Source of the DNA: Steroidobacteraceae bacterium
Lineage (GTDB): Bacteria > Pseudomonadota > Gammaproteobacteria > Steroidobacterales > Steroidobacteraceae
Length of the DNA: 56,072 bases
NCBI GenBank assembly: GCA_036496405.1
Contig: DASXLF010000564.1
Span: 1-56,072 of the forward strand
Reading direction: 5' to 3'
This document shows positions 40,636-51,249 of the stretch, one piece after another (positions within the stretch are counted from its first letter, which is position 1; each line of letters starts with the position of its first letter). Both the position numbers and the translations under genes were made by a program. The notes below the pieces were generated by a model that was not told where the DNA came from, ran no database searches, and worked only from the letters and a program-made list of their open reading frames with translations.

Positions 40636-42942
40636 TTGGCTAACTGGAAAGAACGCCTCGCAGACCGGATGCCGACCGAGCTCGCGCGCGAGATCGACAT
40701 CTTTGAAGGCCAGATAGAGCTCAAGAAGCAGGGCAAGATCGAGGACAAGCTGTTCGCCGAGGCCCGGCTGCGCCGCGGTGCCTATGGACAGCGATATGAC
40801 AATGGCCAGCGTCATGACGGCATCAGCCACCGCAGCCTGCCGTTCCCTACGGCTGCGACCAAGGGCGTGGAGACCGTGTGGGATGCGCCGGGCATGCAGC
40901 GCATCAAGATTCCCTTCGGCGGCCTGAACCCGGATCAGATGGATGTGCTGGCCGACATCGCCGAAGAGTACTCGGACGCCATCTGCCACATCACCACGCG
41001 CCAGGATGTGCAACTGCATTACGTGCACATCGAGGATGCGCCCGATGTCATGCGCCGACTGGCGTCCGTTGGCATCACCAGCCGCGAGGCCTGCGGCAAC
41101 TCGGTGCGCAATGTCACCGCCTGTTCGCTCGCCGGCGTCTGCCGCTGCGAGGCGTTTGATACCACGCCTTACGCCAAGGCCATGGCCTACCATCTGCTGG
41201 GGCATCCGGACACCCAGGAGATGGGGCGCAAGTTCAAAATCGCCTTTTCCGGTTGCAAGACCACTAGCTGCGGCCTGACCAACATCCACGACCTGGGCTT
41301 CATCGCCAAGACCTGGCAGGACCACGGCGTCACTCGCCGCGGCTTCGAGGTGGTCGTCGGCGGCGGTCTGGGCGCCGTGCCCTACGAGGCCAAGCTGTTC
41401 GATGCGACCGTTCCCGAAGAGGAGATTCTGCCGCTCGCGCAGGCTACTTGCCGCGTCTTTGCTCGGCTGGGCGAGAAGCGCAATCGCGGCCGCGCCCGCA
41501 TGAAGTTCCTGATCGAGAAGCTCGGCTTCGACGAATTTCGTCGCTTAGTGCTTGAGGAGCGCAAAGTCCTGCGCCCCGATGCACGCTGGACCGATTACCT
41601 CAAGGATGTCGAGCGCTACCACGAGACGTCGACCCGCAGCCCCGCGAGTCTCGACCTGGCCAATCTCGATCCGGAGTTCCAGGCCTGGCGTGCAACCAAC
41701 GTCTATGCACAGCGACAGGGGGGTTACGTCGTGGCGACGGTAACCCTGCCGCTGGGCGACATCACCTCCTGGCAATTGCGCCAGCTGGCGGAGGTCGCGC
41801 GCAAGTACGTGGGCGATAACGTACGCACCACCGTGGAGCAGAATCTCATTCTGCGCTGGGTCTCCGAGGCCGATCTGCCGGCGCTGTACGCCGAACTGCA
41901 GCACCTGGACCTGGCGTTGGCCGGTGCCGGGAAGATCGAGGACGTGGTCACCTGCCCCGGCACCGACACCTGCAAACTCGGCATTGCCGCCTCGCGCGGA
42001 CTGGCTGCGGTAGTGCACGAGAATCTGGTGCAGCGGCAGAAGAGTAGCGCCATCGACCCGGCAGTGCGCGATCTGCACATTAAAATGTCCGGCTGTTTCA
42101 ATTCCTGCGGGCAACACCATCTGGCGGACATCGGCTTCTACGGCGTGTCGCGCAAGATCGGCGGCGTGGCCGTGCCGCACTTCCGCGTGCTCATGGGCGG
42201 TGAGTGGGAGAACAACGGTGCCACCTATGGACTGACCATCGGCGCGGTGCCTTCCAAGCGCATTCCAGAGTTCATCGAACATGTGACCCAGCGGTACCAG
42301 TCCGAACGCCGGGATGGCGAGCGCTTCAAGGCGTACGTCGATCGCATCGGCAAGAAGGCGCTCAAGGAGATGGTGGACGCCTTCGCCGCGGTGCCGGCCT
42401 ATGCCGTGGACCGCAGCTTGTATTCGGATTGGCGCGATCCGCGCGAATTCACGATCTCGGACATCACTACCGGCGAATGCGCGGGCGAGGTGGTGCAGCA
42501 AATCGACTTCGATCTGCAGGCTGCCGAGCAGCGCAACTTCGAGGCCCAGCTTGACCTGGAGAAGAGCGAATTCCAGAAGGCGGACGAGGCGGCTTACCAG
42601 TCCATGCTGATCGCCGCCAAGGGGCTGGTTCGCACGCAGATGCGTGACGTCAGCGACGATCCGGACCAGATCGTGGCCGAGTTCAAGCGACGCTTTTACG
42701 ACAGCCAGCTGTTCCAGTCACCCGACTCCGGCCAGTACGCCGGCGGCAAGTTCGCCCTGTACCTGCTGAATCGTCATGCGGATAAGCATCCGGCCCTTGC
42801 GGCCGACAGGGTGCGCCATCTGGTGGAAGAAGCTCAGCTGTTCATCGAAGCGGCCTACAGCTGCAACCAGCGCATCACGGAACAGCGCGCGCGAGCGATG
42901 GCGGCCTTGAACGTGCCGGCGACCGCCGAAGCGCTGGTATAA
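40636..42942 (+). CDS. Sirohaem/[4Fe-4S] nitrite/sulfite reductase (ferredoxin-type, SirA/NirA-like) with extra C-terminal region
   Basis: Two NiR/SiR repeats are present. The cluster/sirohaem cysteines are CPGTDTCKLG and SGCFNSCGQHH, and the N-terminal repeat has REACGNSVRNVTAC. The TTG start at 40636 is uncertain; the alternative ATG is at 40669. Confidence 0.9.
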   Translation: MANWKERLADRMPTELAREIDIFEGQIELKKQGKIEDKLFAEARLRRGAYGQRYDNGQRHDGISHRSLPFPTAATKGVETVWDAPGMQRIKIPFGGLNPDQMDVLADIAEEYSDAICHITTRQDVQLHYVHIEDAPDVMRRLASVGITSREACGNSVRNVTACSLAGVCRCEAFDTTPYAKAMAYHLLGHPDTQEMGRKFKIAFSGCKTTSCGLTNIHDLGFIAKTWQDHGVTRRGFEVVVGGGLGAVPYEAKLFDATVPEEEILPLAQATCRVFARLGEKRNRGRARMKFLIEKLGFDEFRRLVLEERKVLRPDARWTDYLKDVERYHETSTRSPASLDLANLDPEFQAWRATNVYAQRQGGYVVATVTLPLGDITSWQLRQLAEVARKYVGDNVRTTVEQNLILRWVSEADLPALYAELQHLDLALAGAGKIEDVVTCPGTDTCKLGIAASRGLAAVVHENLVQRQKSSAIDPAVRDLHIKMSGCFNSCGQHHLADIGFYGVSRKIGGVAVPHFRVLMGGEWENNGATYGLTIGAVPSKRIPEFIEHVTQRYQSERRDGERFKAYVDRIGKKALKEMVDAFAAVPAYAVDRSLYSDWRDPREFTISDITTGECAGEVVQQIDFDLQAAEQRNFEAQLDLEKSEFQKADEAAYQSMLIAAKGLVRTQMRDVSDDPDQIVAEFKRRFYDSQLFQSPDSGQYAGGKFALYLLNRHADKHPALAADRVRHLVEEAQLFIEAAYSCNQRITEQRARAMAALNVPATAEALV

Positions 42943-42946
42943 ATCC

Positions 42947-43522
42947 ATGGACCTGCACAAATTCGGCATCAAGCTGTTTGCGCTGGACGCGCAGAATATC
43001 GACATTCTTAAATTCATTCCCATGTATCACCGCTGGATCCAGCAGAACGCGCTGGAAGACCTGTTAATCGACGTGGCCGATTACAGTCACGTGCCGGCTG
43101 GTCCCGGAGTGATGCTCATCGCACACGAAGGCAACTACGCCCTGGATGAGACCGGGCACGAGCGCGGCGTGGTGTACTACAGCAAGCATCCAGTCGCCGG
43201 CGCATTGCCCGAGCGCTTCGCGCGCGTGGCCTCCAAGACCCTGAAGGCCGCACAGCTCATGAAAGAGGATGCGGAACTCGGGGATGCGCTGAAGCTGCCC
43301 GGCAATGATCTGCAGTTCTTCGCCAACGACCGGCTGGTCGCGCCCAATACCGATGCTGCCTACGGCGAACTTGAGCCGGCGCTCAAGACCTTCCTCGACC
43401 GACTGTACGCCGGGGCACCCTACACGCTGGCGCGCGAGCGCGACCCCAAGGAGCGCCTTAGCGTGCGGGTGCGGGCCGATGGCGCCGTGGCGCTAGAGAC
43501 CTTGCTGGCGCGGCTCAACTAG
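42947..43522 (+). CDS. Hypothetical protein (191 aa) coupled to the sulfite reductase gene
   Basis: The ATG lies 4 nt after the reductase stop. Codon bias is good. I recognise no family, and it does not look like DUF934. Confidence 0.6.
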   Translation: MDLHKFGIKLFALDAQNIDILKFIPMYHRWIQQNALEDLLIDVADYSHVPAGPGVMLIAHEGNYALDETGHERGVVYYSKHPVAGALPERFARVASKTLKAAQLMKEDAELGDALKLPGNDLQFFANDRLVAPNTDAAYGELEPALKTFLDRLYAGAPYTLARERDPKERLSVRVRADGAVALETLLARLN

Positions 43523-43530
43523 CGCCACCG

Positions 43531-43551
43531 CCGACAGGGGGACCTTGTCGG
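43531..43551 (+). terminator. Candidate hairpin terminator after the 191-aa ORF
   Basis: CCGACAGGG-gga-CCTTGTCGG gives a 9-bp stem including one G:U pair. It lies 9 nt after the stop and is followed by gctattacttc, only a weak T tract. Confidence 0.35.
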
Positions 43552-43573
43552 GCTATTACTTCAGTACTCCGGC

Positions 43574-45658
43574 GTGATCGCCTACACGCGCAAGGCCGGC
43601 ATGGCCTTAGTTTGCGATAATCCCCCCGGGCAGCCATTGAGAGTACACGGCATAGTGAGCGCAACCAGCCTGATTTCCCCGGATTCACGGCTCGGCTCGG
43701 TTACCGCGGCCATCGAGGCGCCGCGAATTCGTATCGAGCGCGTCAGCCCATCGGTGGATGACGGTCAGCTTCCCTCCCGGGGCATTGTCGGTCAGGCAAT
43801 TGCGGTCGAGGCGGACATCTTCATGGATGGCCACGACCTGCTGGCGGCGCGCCTGATCTGGCGCGGTCCGCGGGCGCTGGAGGAACAATCCACGCCCATG
43901 CTGCCCTTGGGCAATGATCGCTGGCGCGCGGAATTGCTGCCGGCCCAGACCGGCCGCCATCGCTTCAACATCGAAGCGTGGCGTGATGACTGGGGCAGCT
44001 ACCGTAACGAGCTGCAAAAAAAGAGCGCCGACGGGATTCCGGCTCTGGAGGATATCGATGAAGGCCGCAGGCAGCTGGCGGCGGCCGTGGGGCATGCCAT
44101 TGGCGCCGCCGGCGAAGCCGCGGCCCAGTTCGTGCGCCGCCTGCGGGGGCTGGATGAGCTGGCCGCGACCGAATTGCTGCTGTCGCAGGAGGCGGCGGCG
44201 CTGATGGCGCGGCTGCAGCCGCGCCGCTTCGTGACCCACCTGCAGGCGGATCTGGTCATCGAAGTGGAGCGCCTGGCGGCCGGTTTCGCCAGCTGGTACG
44301 AACTGTTTCCGCGCTCGCAGGCGCAGCAACCCGGCGAGCACGGCACCTTTGATGATGTCATCGGGCGCCTGCCGGCGCTGCGCGCCATGGGTTTCGACGT
44401 CCTGTACCTGCCGCCGATTCACCCCATCGGCCGCAGCCACCGCAAGGGCCGCAACAACGCGCTGCAGGCCGGCACCGACGACCCCGGAAGTCCGTATGCC
44501 ATCGGTTCGGTCGAGGGTGGTCATACCGCCATTCATCCCGAATTGGGCGGACTCGACGCCTTTCGCCGGCTGCTGAGCGCGGCCGCCGCGCACGGCATGG
44601 AACTGGCGTTGGATTTCGCCATCCAGTGTTCGCGCGATCACCCATGGTTGCTCAGTCACCCGGAGTGGTTTTCGTGGCGGCCCGACGGCTCGATCCGTTA
44701 TGCCGAAAATCCTCCCAAGAAATACGAGGATATCGTCAATGTCGACTTTTACGCCGAGCGCGCCAAGCCGGCACTGTGGCTGGGTCTGCGCGACGTGGTG
44801 CTGTATTGGGTCGATATTGGAGTCAGAATCTTTCGCGTCGACAATCCGCACACCAAGCCGCTGCCGTTCTGGCAATGGCTGATCGCCGATATCCGCGCCC
44901 GTCATCCCGAGGTCATATTCCTGTCGGAGGCCTTTACGCGTCCGGCGATGATGTACCGGCTGGCGAAGATCGGGTTTGCCCAGAGTTACACCTACTTTAT
45001 ATGGCGCAACAGCAAGCGCGAGCTGACCGAGTATTTCACTGAGCTGACCACGCAGGCGCCCCGGGATTTCTTTCGTCCGCACCTGTTCGTCAACACCCCG
45101 GACATCAATCCCCGGTTTCTGCAGGACTCGGGACGCGCGGGATTTCTCATCCGGGCGGGGCTCGCGGCAACGCTGTCGGGCCTGTGGGGTTTGTACAGCG
45201 GTTTCGAGTTATGCGAAGCCGCCGCGCTTCCCGGCCGCGAGGAGTACCTGGACTCGGAGAAGTACCAGATCAAACAACGCGACTGGCAGGCCCCCGGCAA
45301 CATCATCGCCGAGATATCGCGCCTCAATCATATCCGTCGCAACAATCCTGCCTTGCAGACGCACCACGGGCTGCGTTTCTACAACGCCTGGAATGATCAG
45401 GTACTCTGGTACGGCAAGGCCACCCCCGGACTGGATAACTTCATATTGGTCGCCGTCTGCCTCGACCCGCACCATGTGCAGGCGACGCAGTTCGAAGTGC
45501 CGTTGTGGGAGTTCGGATTGCCGGATACCGGTGTGCTCCAGGTCCAGGAACTCATGCGCGGGACACAGTTCGAGTGGCACGGAAAGGTGCAGAGCTGGCG
45601 GTTCGTACCCCAGGAGCTGCCATTTGCCATTTTTCGTGTGCAGCCGCGGCTGACCTGA
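43574..45658 (+). CDS. glgE: Alpha-1,4-glucan:maltose-1-phosphate maltosyltransferase
   Basis: IRIERVSPSVDDGQLPSRGIVGQAIAVEADIFMDGHD is a GlgE-type N-terminus. A GH13 catalytic core follows (GFDVLYLPPIHPIG, FRVDNPHTKP, FLSEAFTRP). The start is uncertain, with candidates at 43574, 43604 or about 43655. Confidence 0.9.
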   Translation: MIAYTRKAGMALVCDNPPGQPLRVHGIVSATSLISPDSRLGSVTAAIEAPRIRIERVSPSVDDGQLPSRGIVGQAIAVEADIFMDGHDLLAARLIWRGPRALEEQSTPMLPLGNDRWRAELLPAQTGRHRFNIEAWRDDWGSYRNELQKKSADGIPALEDIDEGRRQLAAAVGHAIGAAGEAAAQFVRRLRGLDELAATELLLSQEAAALMARLQPRRFVTHLQADLVIEVERLAAGFASWYELFPRSQAQQPGEHGTFDDVIGRLPALRAMGFDVLYLPPIHPIGRSHRKGRNNALQAGTDDPGSPYAIGSVEGGHTAIHPELGGLDAFRRLLSAAAAHGMELALDFAIQCSRDHPWLLSHPEWFSWRPDGSIRYAENPPKKYEDIVNVDFYAERAKPALWLGLRDVVLYWVDIGVRIFRVDNPHTKPLPFWQWLIADIRARHPEVIFLSEAFTRPAMMYRLAKIGFAQSYTYFIWRNSKRELTEYFTELTTQAPRDFFRPHLFVNTPDINPRFLQDSGRAGFLIRAGLAATLSGLWGLYSGFELCEAAALPGREEYLDSEKYQIKQRDWQAPGNIIAEISRLNHIRRNNPALQTHHGLRFYNAWNDQVLWYGKATPGLDNFILVAVCLDPHHVQATQFEVPLWEFGLPDTGVLQVQELMRGTQFEWHGKVQSWRFVPQELPFAIFRVQPRLT

Positions 45659-45673
45659 GCCAGACGCCGCACC

Positions 45674-48600
45674 ATGGATCAAGCGCCGCCGCCCAGAAAT
45701 CAGAACCGCTTGCGCAGCACGCGTGCCGCCGAGGCGCACGTGCGCGACCCGTTATGGTTCAAGGACGCGGTCATTTATCAGCTGCACCTGAAATCCTTTT
45801 TCGACGCCAACAATGACGGCATCGGTGATTTCCCCGGCCTGATCGCCAAGCTCGACTATATCGCCGAGCTGGGTGTCAACACGATCTGGCTGCTGCCTTT
45901 CTATCCCAGTCCCCGGCGCGATGACGGTTACGATATTTCCGACTATCGCGGGGTGCATTCCGACTACGGCACCTTGGCCGATGCGCGCGCATTCATTGCC
46001 GAGGCGCACGCCCGCGGCCTGCGGGTAATCACCGAACTGGTGATCAATCACACCTCGGATCAGCACCCATGGTTCCAGCGCGCGCGGCGCGCCAAGCCCG
46101 GATCTTCGGCGCGAAATTTTTACGTCTGGTCCGACAGCGATCAGCGTTACGCCGGCACGCGCATTATTTTCGTCGACAGCGAGAAATCCAACTGGACCTG
46201 GGACCCGGTCGCAAACGCCTACTACTGGCATCGCTTTTATCATCACCAGCCGGATTTGAACTTCGACAATCCGCTGGTGCTCAAGGCCGTGCTGTCGGTG
46301 CTGCGCTATTGGCTGGGCCTGGGAGTCGATGGCCTGCGGCTCGATGCCGTGCCCTACTTGGTGGAGCGCGAGGGCAGCAGCAACGAGAATCTTCCAGAAA
46401 CCCACGCCATACTCAAGCGTATTCGCGCCGAGGTCGATGCGGCATTTCCCGACCGTGTGCTGCTGGCCGAAGCTAATCAGTGGCCGGAGGACGTGCAGCA
46501 GTACTTTGGCCAGGGCGATGAATGCCATATGGCCTTTCATTTTCCGCTGATGCCGCGCATGTACATGGCACTGGCGCAGGAGGATCGCTTTCCGATCACC
46601 GATATCCTGCGGCAGACGCCGGAGATTCCGGCCAATACCCAATGGGCGATCTTTCTGCGCAACCACGATGAGTTGACGCTGGAAATGGTCACGGACAAGG
46701 AACGCGATTATCTCTGGGCGCAGTACGCCGCCGACGTGCGCGCACGGCTGAACCTGGGCATCCGCCGCCGGCTGGCGCCGCTGATTCAGCGCGATCGCCG
46801 GCGCATCGAACTGTTGCACTCGCTGCTGTTGTCGATGCCAGGGGCACCGGTGCTGTATTACGGCGATGAGATCGGCATGGGCGACAACATCCATCTGGGT
46901 GATCGCGACGGCGTGCGCACACCCATGCAATGGTCGAGCGATCGCAACGGCGGTTTCTCGCGTGCCGATCCGGCAGTGCTGGTGCTGCCGCCGATCATGG
47001 ACCCGCTGTATGGTTACCAGGCCATCAACGTCGAGGCGCAGTCGCGCGATCCACATTCGCTGTTGAATTGGATGCGCCGCATGTTATCCATACGCCGGCT
47101 GCAACGCGCCTTCGGCCGCGGTACCTTTCGGCTGCTCTATCCGAGCAATCGGCGCGTCATGGCTTACGTGCGTGAGCTCACCGAGGAGGGCCGCAGCGAG
47201 ATCATCCTGTGCGTGGCCAACGTGTCGCGTTTTGCACAGGCGGTGGAGCTGGACCTGAGCCAGTTCGAGACCTGCGTGCCGGTGGAGATGCTCGGCGGCG
47301 CGGCCTTTCCGCCGATCGGCCAGCTACCGTACCTGCTGACCTTGCCGCCGTATGGTTTTTACTGGTTCGTACTGGCACCGCTGGCGAGCATGCCCACATG
47401 GTTCGTGCCGGCACCTCAGCCCATGCCCGAATACGTGACGCTGGTGGTGCGCAGCTCGCTTGAGGAATTGCTGGCGGAGCCGCTGCGCTCGATCATCGAG
47501 AAGGAAGTACTTCCGGCCTACCTTCCCAAGCGGCGCTGGTTTGCCGGCAAAGACCAGAAGCTGACGCTAACCCGGATTGCCGATGTGACCACGGTGCCGG
47601 GCATCGAGCCGCCGGTGCTGCTGGCCGAGGTCGAGGTGCAGATGGAGCACGCCAGCGATCGCTATCTGCTGCCGTTCGGCTTCATCTCCGAGGACGACAT
47701 GGCCGGCGCATTGCAGCAGCAACTGGCGCTGGCGCGCGTGCGCCGCGGACGGCGCATCGGCTTCCTGACGGATGCGTTCTCGCTCGACAATTTCGCGCGC
47801 CGGTTGATCGAGTTGCTGACTGCTAACGCGCGGGTAACGACCCTCAGCGGCGAATTGCAATTCAATCCGACGTCGCGGCTGGCCACGGTGAGCGTCGGTG
47901 CTGACGCGCAGGTGCGCCGCTCCTCGGCCGAACAGTCCAACAGCGCCTTCATCGTCGGCGGCCAGGTCATGATCAAACTGTTCCGCCGCATTCATGGCGG
48001 CCCGCATCCGGAAGCGGAGATGGGACGGTATCTGACCGAGCACGGCTACAACAACATCGCGCCGATGCTGGGTGAGATCACCCGCGTTGGCCTGGACGGC
48101 GTGCCATATGTGCTCGGCGTGGCCCAGGGATTCATTTACAACGAAGGTGATGCCTGGAGTTGGACCCAGAATCTGCTGGAGCGCACGGTGCAGGAGGTAT
48201 TGGTGATGCCGTCCGGTGCACCGCTGCCGGAGCAAAGCGACGCCATCGAGCGCTTCCAGAAGGCCGCGGCCATGCTCGGGCGGCGGCTGGGAGAGATGCA
48301 CGTAGTGCTGGCACAGCCCACCGACGAGCCGGAGTTTGCGCCGCGGGTCAGCACGGCGCAGGAGTGCGACAGCTGGGCACAGGCGGCCCGCGCGCAACTG
48401 GCGGCCGCGTACGCGGTGCTCGATGCGCGCACCCAGTTCAGCGACGAGGAGCGTGCCAGCGTCGAGCAACTGCGGGCAGTGCGCGAACGCGCCCTGGAGT
48501 TGCCGGCGCTGCTGGCACCCGCCGGTATTGGCTCGCTCGCGATTCGCATCCACGGCGATCTTCATCTTGGGCAGGCGCTGGTGGCCCAGGGTGATGTGTT

Positions 48601-49027
48601 CTTCATCGACTTCGAGGGCGAGCCTGCGCGCCCGCTGGCTGACCGACGCAGGCTCAGCAGCCCGTTGCGCGATGTCGCGGGCATGCTGCGCTCGTTCGAC
48701 TACGCCGCAGCCACCATCATTGCCACCGGCGGTGCCGGCCAGGACGAAACGGCGCTGGCACGTAAGCGTGCCATCGTCGAGCGTTTCTGGCAGAGCTCGG
48801 ACAAGGCGTTCGTCGAGGCGTACCGGCAGACAGCGGCGCCCATTGATCACCATTGGGGCAGTACGCATGGCGCGCGCGATCTGCTGGATCTGTTTCTGCT
48901 GGAAAAAGCGGCGTATGAAATCTGCTACGAGGCGGCCAATCGTCCTGGGTTGCTGAGCGTGCCGCTGCGCGGGCTCGCGCAATTGATATCCCGTCTGTTA
49001 CCGACACAAGGCATTGCACCATCATGA
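45674..49027 (+). CDS. treS: Trehalose synthase (maltose alpha-D-glucosyltransferase) fused to maltokinase
   Basis: The N-terminal GH13 TreS has [36 protein letters not shown] and [11 protein letters not shown]. The C-terminal roughly 450 aa is kinase-like, with [12 protein letters not shown] and FIDFEGEP (Pep2/Mak type). Confidence 0.9.
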   Translation: MDQAPPPRNQNRLRSTRAAEAHVRDPLWFKDAVIYQLHLKSFFDANNDGIGDFPGLIAKLDYIAELGVNTIWLLPFYPSPRRDDGYDISDYRGVHSDYGTLADARAFIAEAHARGLRVITELVINHTSDQHPWFQRARRAKPGSSARNFYVWSDSDQRYAGTRIIFVDSEKSNWTWDPVANAYYWHRFYHHQPDLNFDNPLVLKAVLSVLRYWLGLGVDGLRLDAVPYLVEREGSSNENLPETHAILKRIRAEVDAAFPDRVLLAEANQWPEDVQQYFGQGDECHMAFHFPLMPRMYMALAQEDRFPITDILRQTPEIPANTQWAIFLRNHDELTLEMVTDKERDYLWAQYAADVRARLNLGIRRRLAPLIQRDRRRIELLHSLLLSMPGAPVLYYGDEIGMGDNIHLGDRDGVRTPMQWSSDRNGGFSRADPAVLVLPPIMDPLYGYQAINVEAQSRDPHSLLNWMRRMLSIRRLQRAFGRGTFRLLYPSNRRVMAYVRELTEEGRSEIILCVANVSRFAQAVELDLSQFETCVPVEMLGGAAFPPIGQLPYLLTLPPYGFYWFVLAPLASMPTWFVPAPQPMPEYVTLVVRSSLEELLAEPLRSIIEKEVLPAYLPKRRWFAGKDQKLTLTRIADVTTVPGIEPPVLLAEVEVQMEHASDRYLLPFGFISEDDMAGALQQQLALARVRRGRRIGFLTDAFSLDNFARRLIELLTANARVTTLSGELQFNPTSRLATVSVGADAQVRRSSAEQSNSAFIVGGQVMIKLFRRIHGGPHPEAEMGRYLTEHGYNNIAPMLGEITRVGLDGVPYVLGVAQGFIYNEGDAWSWTQNLLERTVQEVLVMPSGAPLPEQSDAIERFQKAAAMLGRRLGEMHVVLAQPTDEPEFAPRVSTAQECDSWAQAARAQLAAAYAVLDARTQFSDEERASVEQLRAVRERALELPALLAPAGIGSLAIRIHGDLHLGQALVAQGDVFFIDFEGEPARPLADRRRLSSPLRDVAGMLRSFDYAAATIIATGGAGQDETALARKRAIVERFWQSSDKAFVEAYRQTAAPIDHHWGSTHGARDLLDLFLLEKAAYEICYEAANRPGLLSVPLRGLAQLISRLLPTQGIAPS

Positions 49028-51234
49028 TTGGCGAGCGCTTGAACGATTCGGGTTTGACCATCGACGCGGCGGCGGCGGCGGCGCTGCAATCGGGCGGCAT
49101 CGAGGACCCCTTCGCGCTGCTCGGCCCCCATGGCGACGCCAGGGGCGTGGTGATCCGCGCTTTCGTGCCACCGGCTGAAGGAGTGGAGGTGATCGGCGCC
49201 AACGATGAGCTGCTGGCGACCATGCTGCCCATTCAGCCCCATGGGTTATATGCCGCGCGTATAGCCGCGCCTGCGCGCTATCGCCTGCGCATCCGCTGGC
49301 CGGACGGCGTAATGCAGGATACCGAGGATCCGTACTCGTTCGGGCTGTTGCTCGGAGAGTTGGATGTGTACCTGTTGGCGGAAGGCAATCATCTCGAACT
49401 GGGCCACTGCCTGGGCGCGCAGGCGATGAGTGTCGAGGGTATCGCCGGAGTGCGCTTCGCCGTGTGGGCGCCCAACGCGCGCCGGGTGTCCGTGGTCGGC
49501 GATTTCAACGGCTGGGACGGTCGCCGCCACCTGATGCGCAAACGGGTCGAGGCCGGTGTCTGGGAGTTGTTCATTCCGCGCCTGCCCGTGGGTACGATCT
49601 ACAAGTACGAGATCCTGGGTGCTCACGGGTTGCTGCCGCTCAAGGCCGATCCAGTGGCGCTGCAGGCGGAGGCACCGCCGCGGACCGCATCTGTAGTCGC
49701 GGATCCGACGCCCTTTGAATGGAGCGATGCCCAATGGTTGCAGGCGCGCGCGGCCGGAGGTCAGAAGCTGCACGCGCCGGTCTCGATCTATGAGGTTCAC
49801 GCCGGCTCATGGCGGCGAACGGGACCGGACTGGCGCGGCCTGAATTGGGATGAACTCAGCGAACAATTGATTCCGTATGCCAAAGAGCTGAAATTCACCC
49901 ACATCGAATTGCTGCCCATCATGGCGCACCCGTTCGGCGGATCGTGGGGCTATCAGGTGCTGGGGCAATACGCGCTGCACGCGGCGTTCGGCAACCCCAG
50001 GGGATTTGCGCGCTTTGTCGATCGCTGCCACGGCGCCGGACTGGGCGTGATTCTGGATTGGGTGCCGGGACACTTTCCCACCGACGCGCACGGCCTGGCC
50101 TACTTCGACGGCACCGCTCTGTACGAGCACAGCGATCCGCGCGAAGGTTTTCAGCTGGAATGGAATACCGCCATCTACAATCTGGGGCGGCGCGAGGTGC
50201 ATTCGTTCCTGATCTCGGCGGCCTTGCACTGGTTCGAGCGCTACCACGTCGACGCGCTGCGGGTCGATGCAGTGGCATCGCTGCTGTACCGCGACTATGC
50301 CCGCAAGGAGGGGCAATGGATCCCCAATCGCTATGGCGGTCGGGAAAACCTCGAGGCCATCGACTTCCTGCGACACTTGAACGACGCCGTCTCACAGCGC
50401 TATCCCGGATCCATGGTCATTGCCGAGGAGTCAACCGCCTGGCCCGGGGTGACGCGGCCAACCGCGGACGGCGGCCTGGGATTTACCTACAAGTGGAACA
50501 TGGGCTGGATGCACGACACCCTGCGTTACATGGCGCACGACCCGATACATCGCGCCTACGATCACAACGACCTCACCTTCGGGCTGCTGTATGCATTTTC
50601 CGAGCACTTCGTGCTGCCGCTCTCGCACGACGAAGTGGTGTACGGCAAGGGCTCGCTGATCGGGCGCATGCCCGGTGATACCTGGCAGCGCTTTGCAAAC
50701 CTGCGGGCCTATTTCGGTTTCATGTGGACGCAACCGGGCAAGAAGTTGTTGTTCATGGGCGGCGAAATCGCCCAGGATTGGGAATGGAACCACGACGGTC
50801 AGGTCGACTGGTCCGCGCTGGAGCATCCGCTGCACAAGGGCATGCAGCGGCTGATCACCGACCTGAATCATCTCTACGGCACCGAGGCGGCACTGCACGC
50901 ACTCGATTGTGACAGCGCCGGCTTCCGATGGATCATCGGCGATGATCGCAACAACAGCGTGTTTGCGTACTATCGCTGCGGCTACGGCGATACGCCGCCC
51001 GTCATCGTGGTGTGCAATTTCACGCCAGTGCCGCGCCTGGGCTATCGCATCGGCGCCCCGCGTGCCGGCGGCTGGCGCGAAATTCTCAATACCGACTCTG
51101 AAATCTATGGCGGCAGCAACCTCGGCAACGGCGGCTGGGTACAAGCGGACGCAGGTCCCAGCCACGGCCAGCCTTTCTCGCTGGAAATTACGGTGCCACC
51201 GCTGGCTACGGTGTTGTTGCGTCATGGGGGGTGA
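49024..51234 (+). CDS. glgB: 1,4-alpha-glucan branching enzyme
   Basis: Motifs [49 protein letters not shown] and [10 protein letters not shown] are present. The start overlaps the treS-mak stop in ATGA. Confidence 0.95.
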   Translation: MIGERLNDSGLTIDAAAAAALQSGGIEDPFALLGPHGDARGVVIRAFVPPAEGVEVIGANDELLATMLPIQPHGLYAARIAAPARYRLRIRWPDGVMQDTEDPYSFGLLLGELDVYLLAEGNHLELGHCLGAQAMSVEGIAGVRFAVWAPNARRVSVVGDFNGWDGRRHLMRKRVEAGVWELFIPRLPVGTIYKYEILGAHGLLPLKADPVALQAEAPPRTASVVADPTPFEWSDAQWLQARAAGGQKLHAPVSIYEVHAGSWRRTGPDWRGLNWDELSEQLIPYAKELKFTHIELLPIMAHPFGGSWGYQVLGQYALHAAFGNPRGFARFVDRCHGAGLGVILDWVPGHFPTDAHGLAYFDGTALYEHSDPREGFQLEWNTAIYNLGRREVHSFLISAALHWFERYHVDALRVDAVASLLYRDYARKEGQWIPNRYGGRENLEAIDFLRHLNDAVSQRYPGSMVIAEESTAWPGVTRPTADGGLGFTYKWNMGWMHDTLRYMAHDPIHRAYDHNDLTFGLLYAFSEHFVLPLSHDEVVYGKGSLIGRMPGDTWQRFANLRAYFGFMWTQPGKKLLFMGGEIAQDWEWNHDGQVDWSALEHPLHKGMQRLITDLNHLYGTEAALHALDCDSAGFRWIIGDDRNNSVFAYYRCGYGDTPPVIVVCNFTPVPRLGYRIGAPRAGGWREILNTDSEIYGGSNLGNGGWVQADAGPSHGQPFSLEITVPPLATVLLRHGG

Positions 51235-51249
51235 CGGCTGCCAGGTCTG

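Noticed and set aside
36430-48982. Other long antisense ORFs: 36430-37659, 37971-38990, 41545-42501, 43685-45082, 45752-47056 and 47567-48982 (all minus strand). Also 10069-11301 (+) and 24366-25199 (-), which lie outside this span.
   Set aside because: All lie opposite genes with unambiguous family motifs (kefB-like, ppc, sulfite reductase, glgE, treS-mak, rhomboid/EamA, Tat protein). Their translations are dominated by Arg, Gly, Ala and Pro, as expected for out-of-frame reading of GC-rich DNA.
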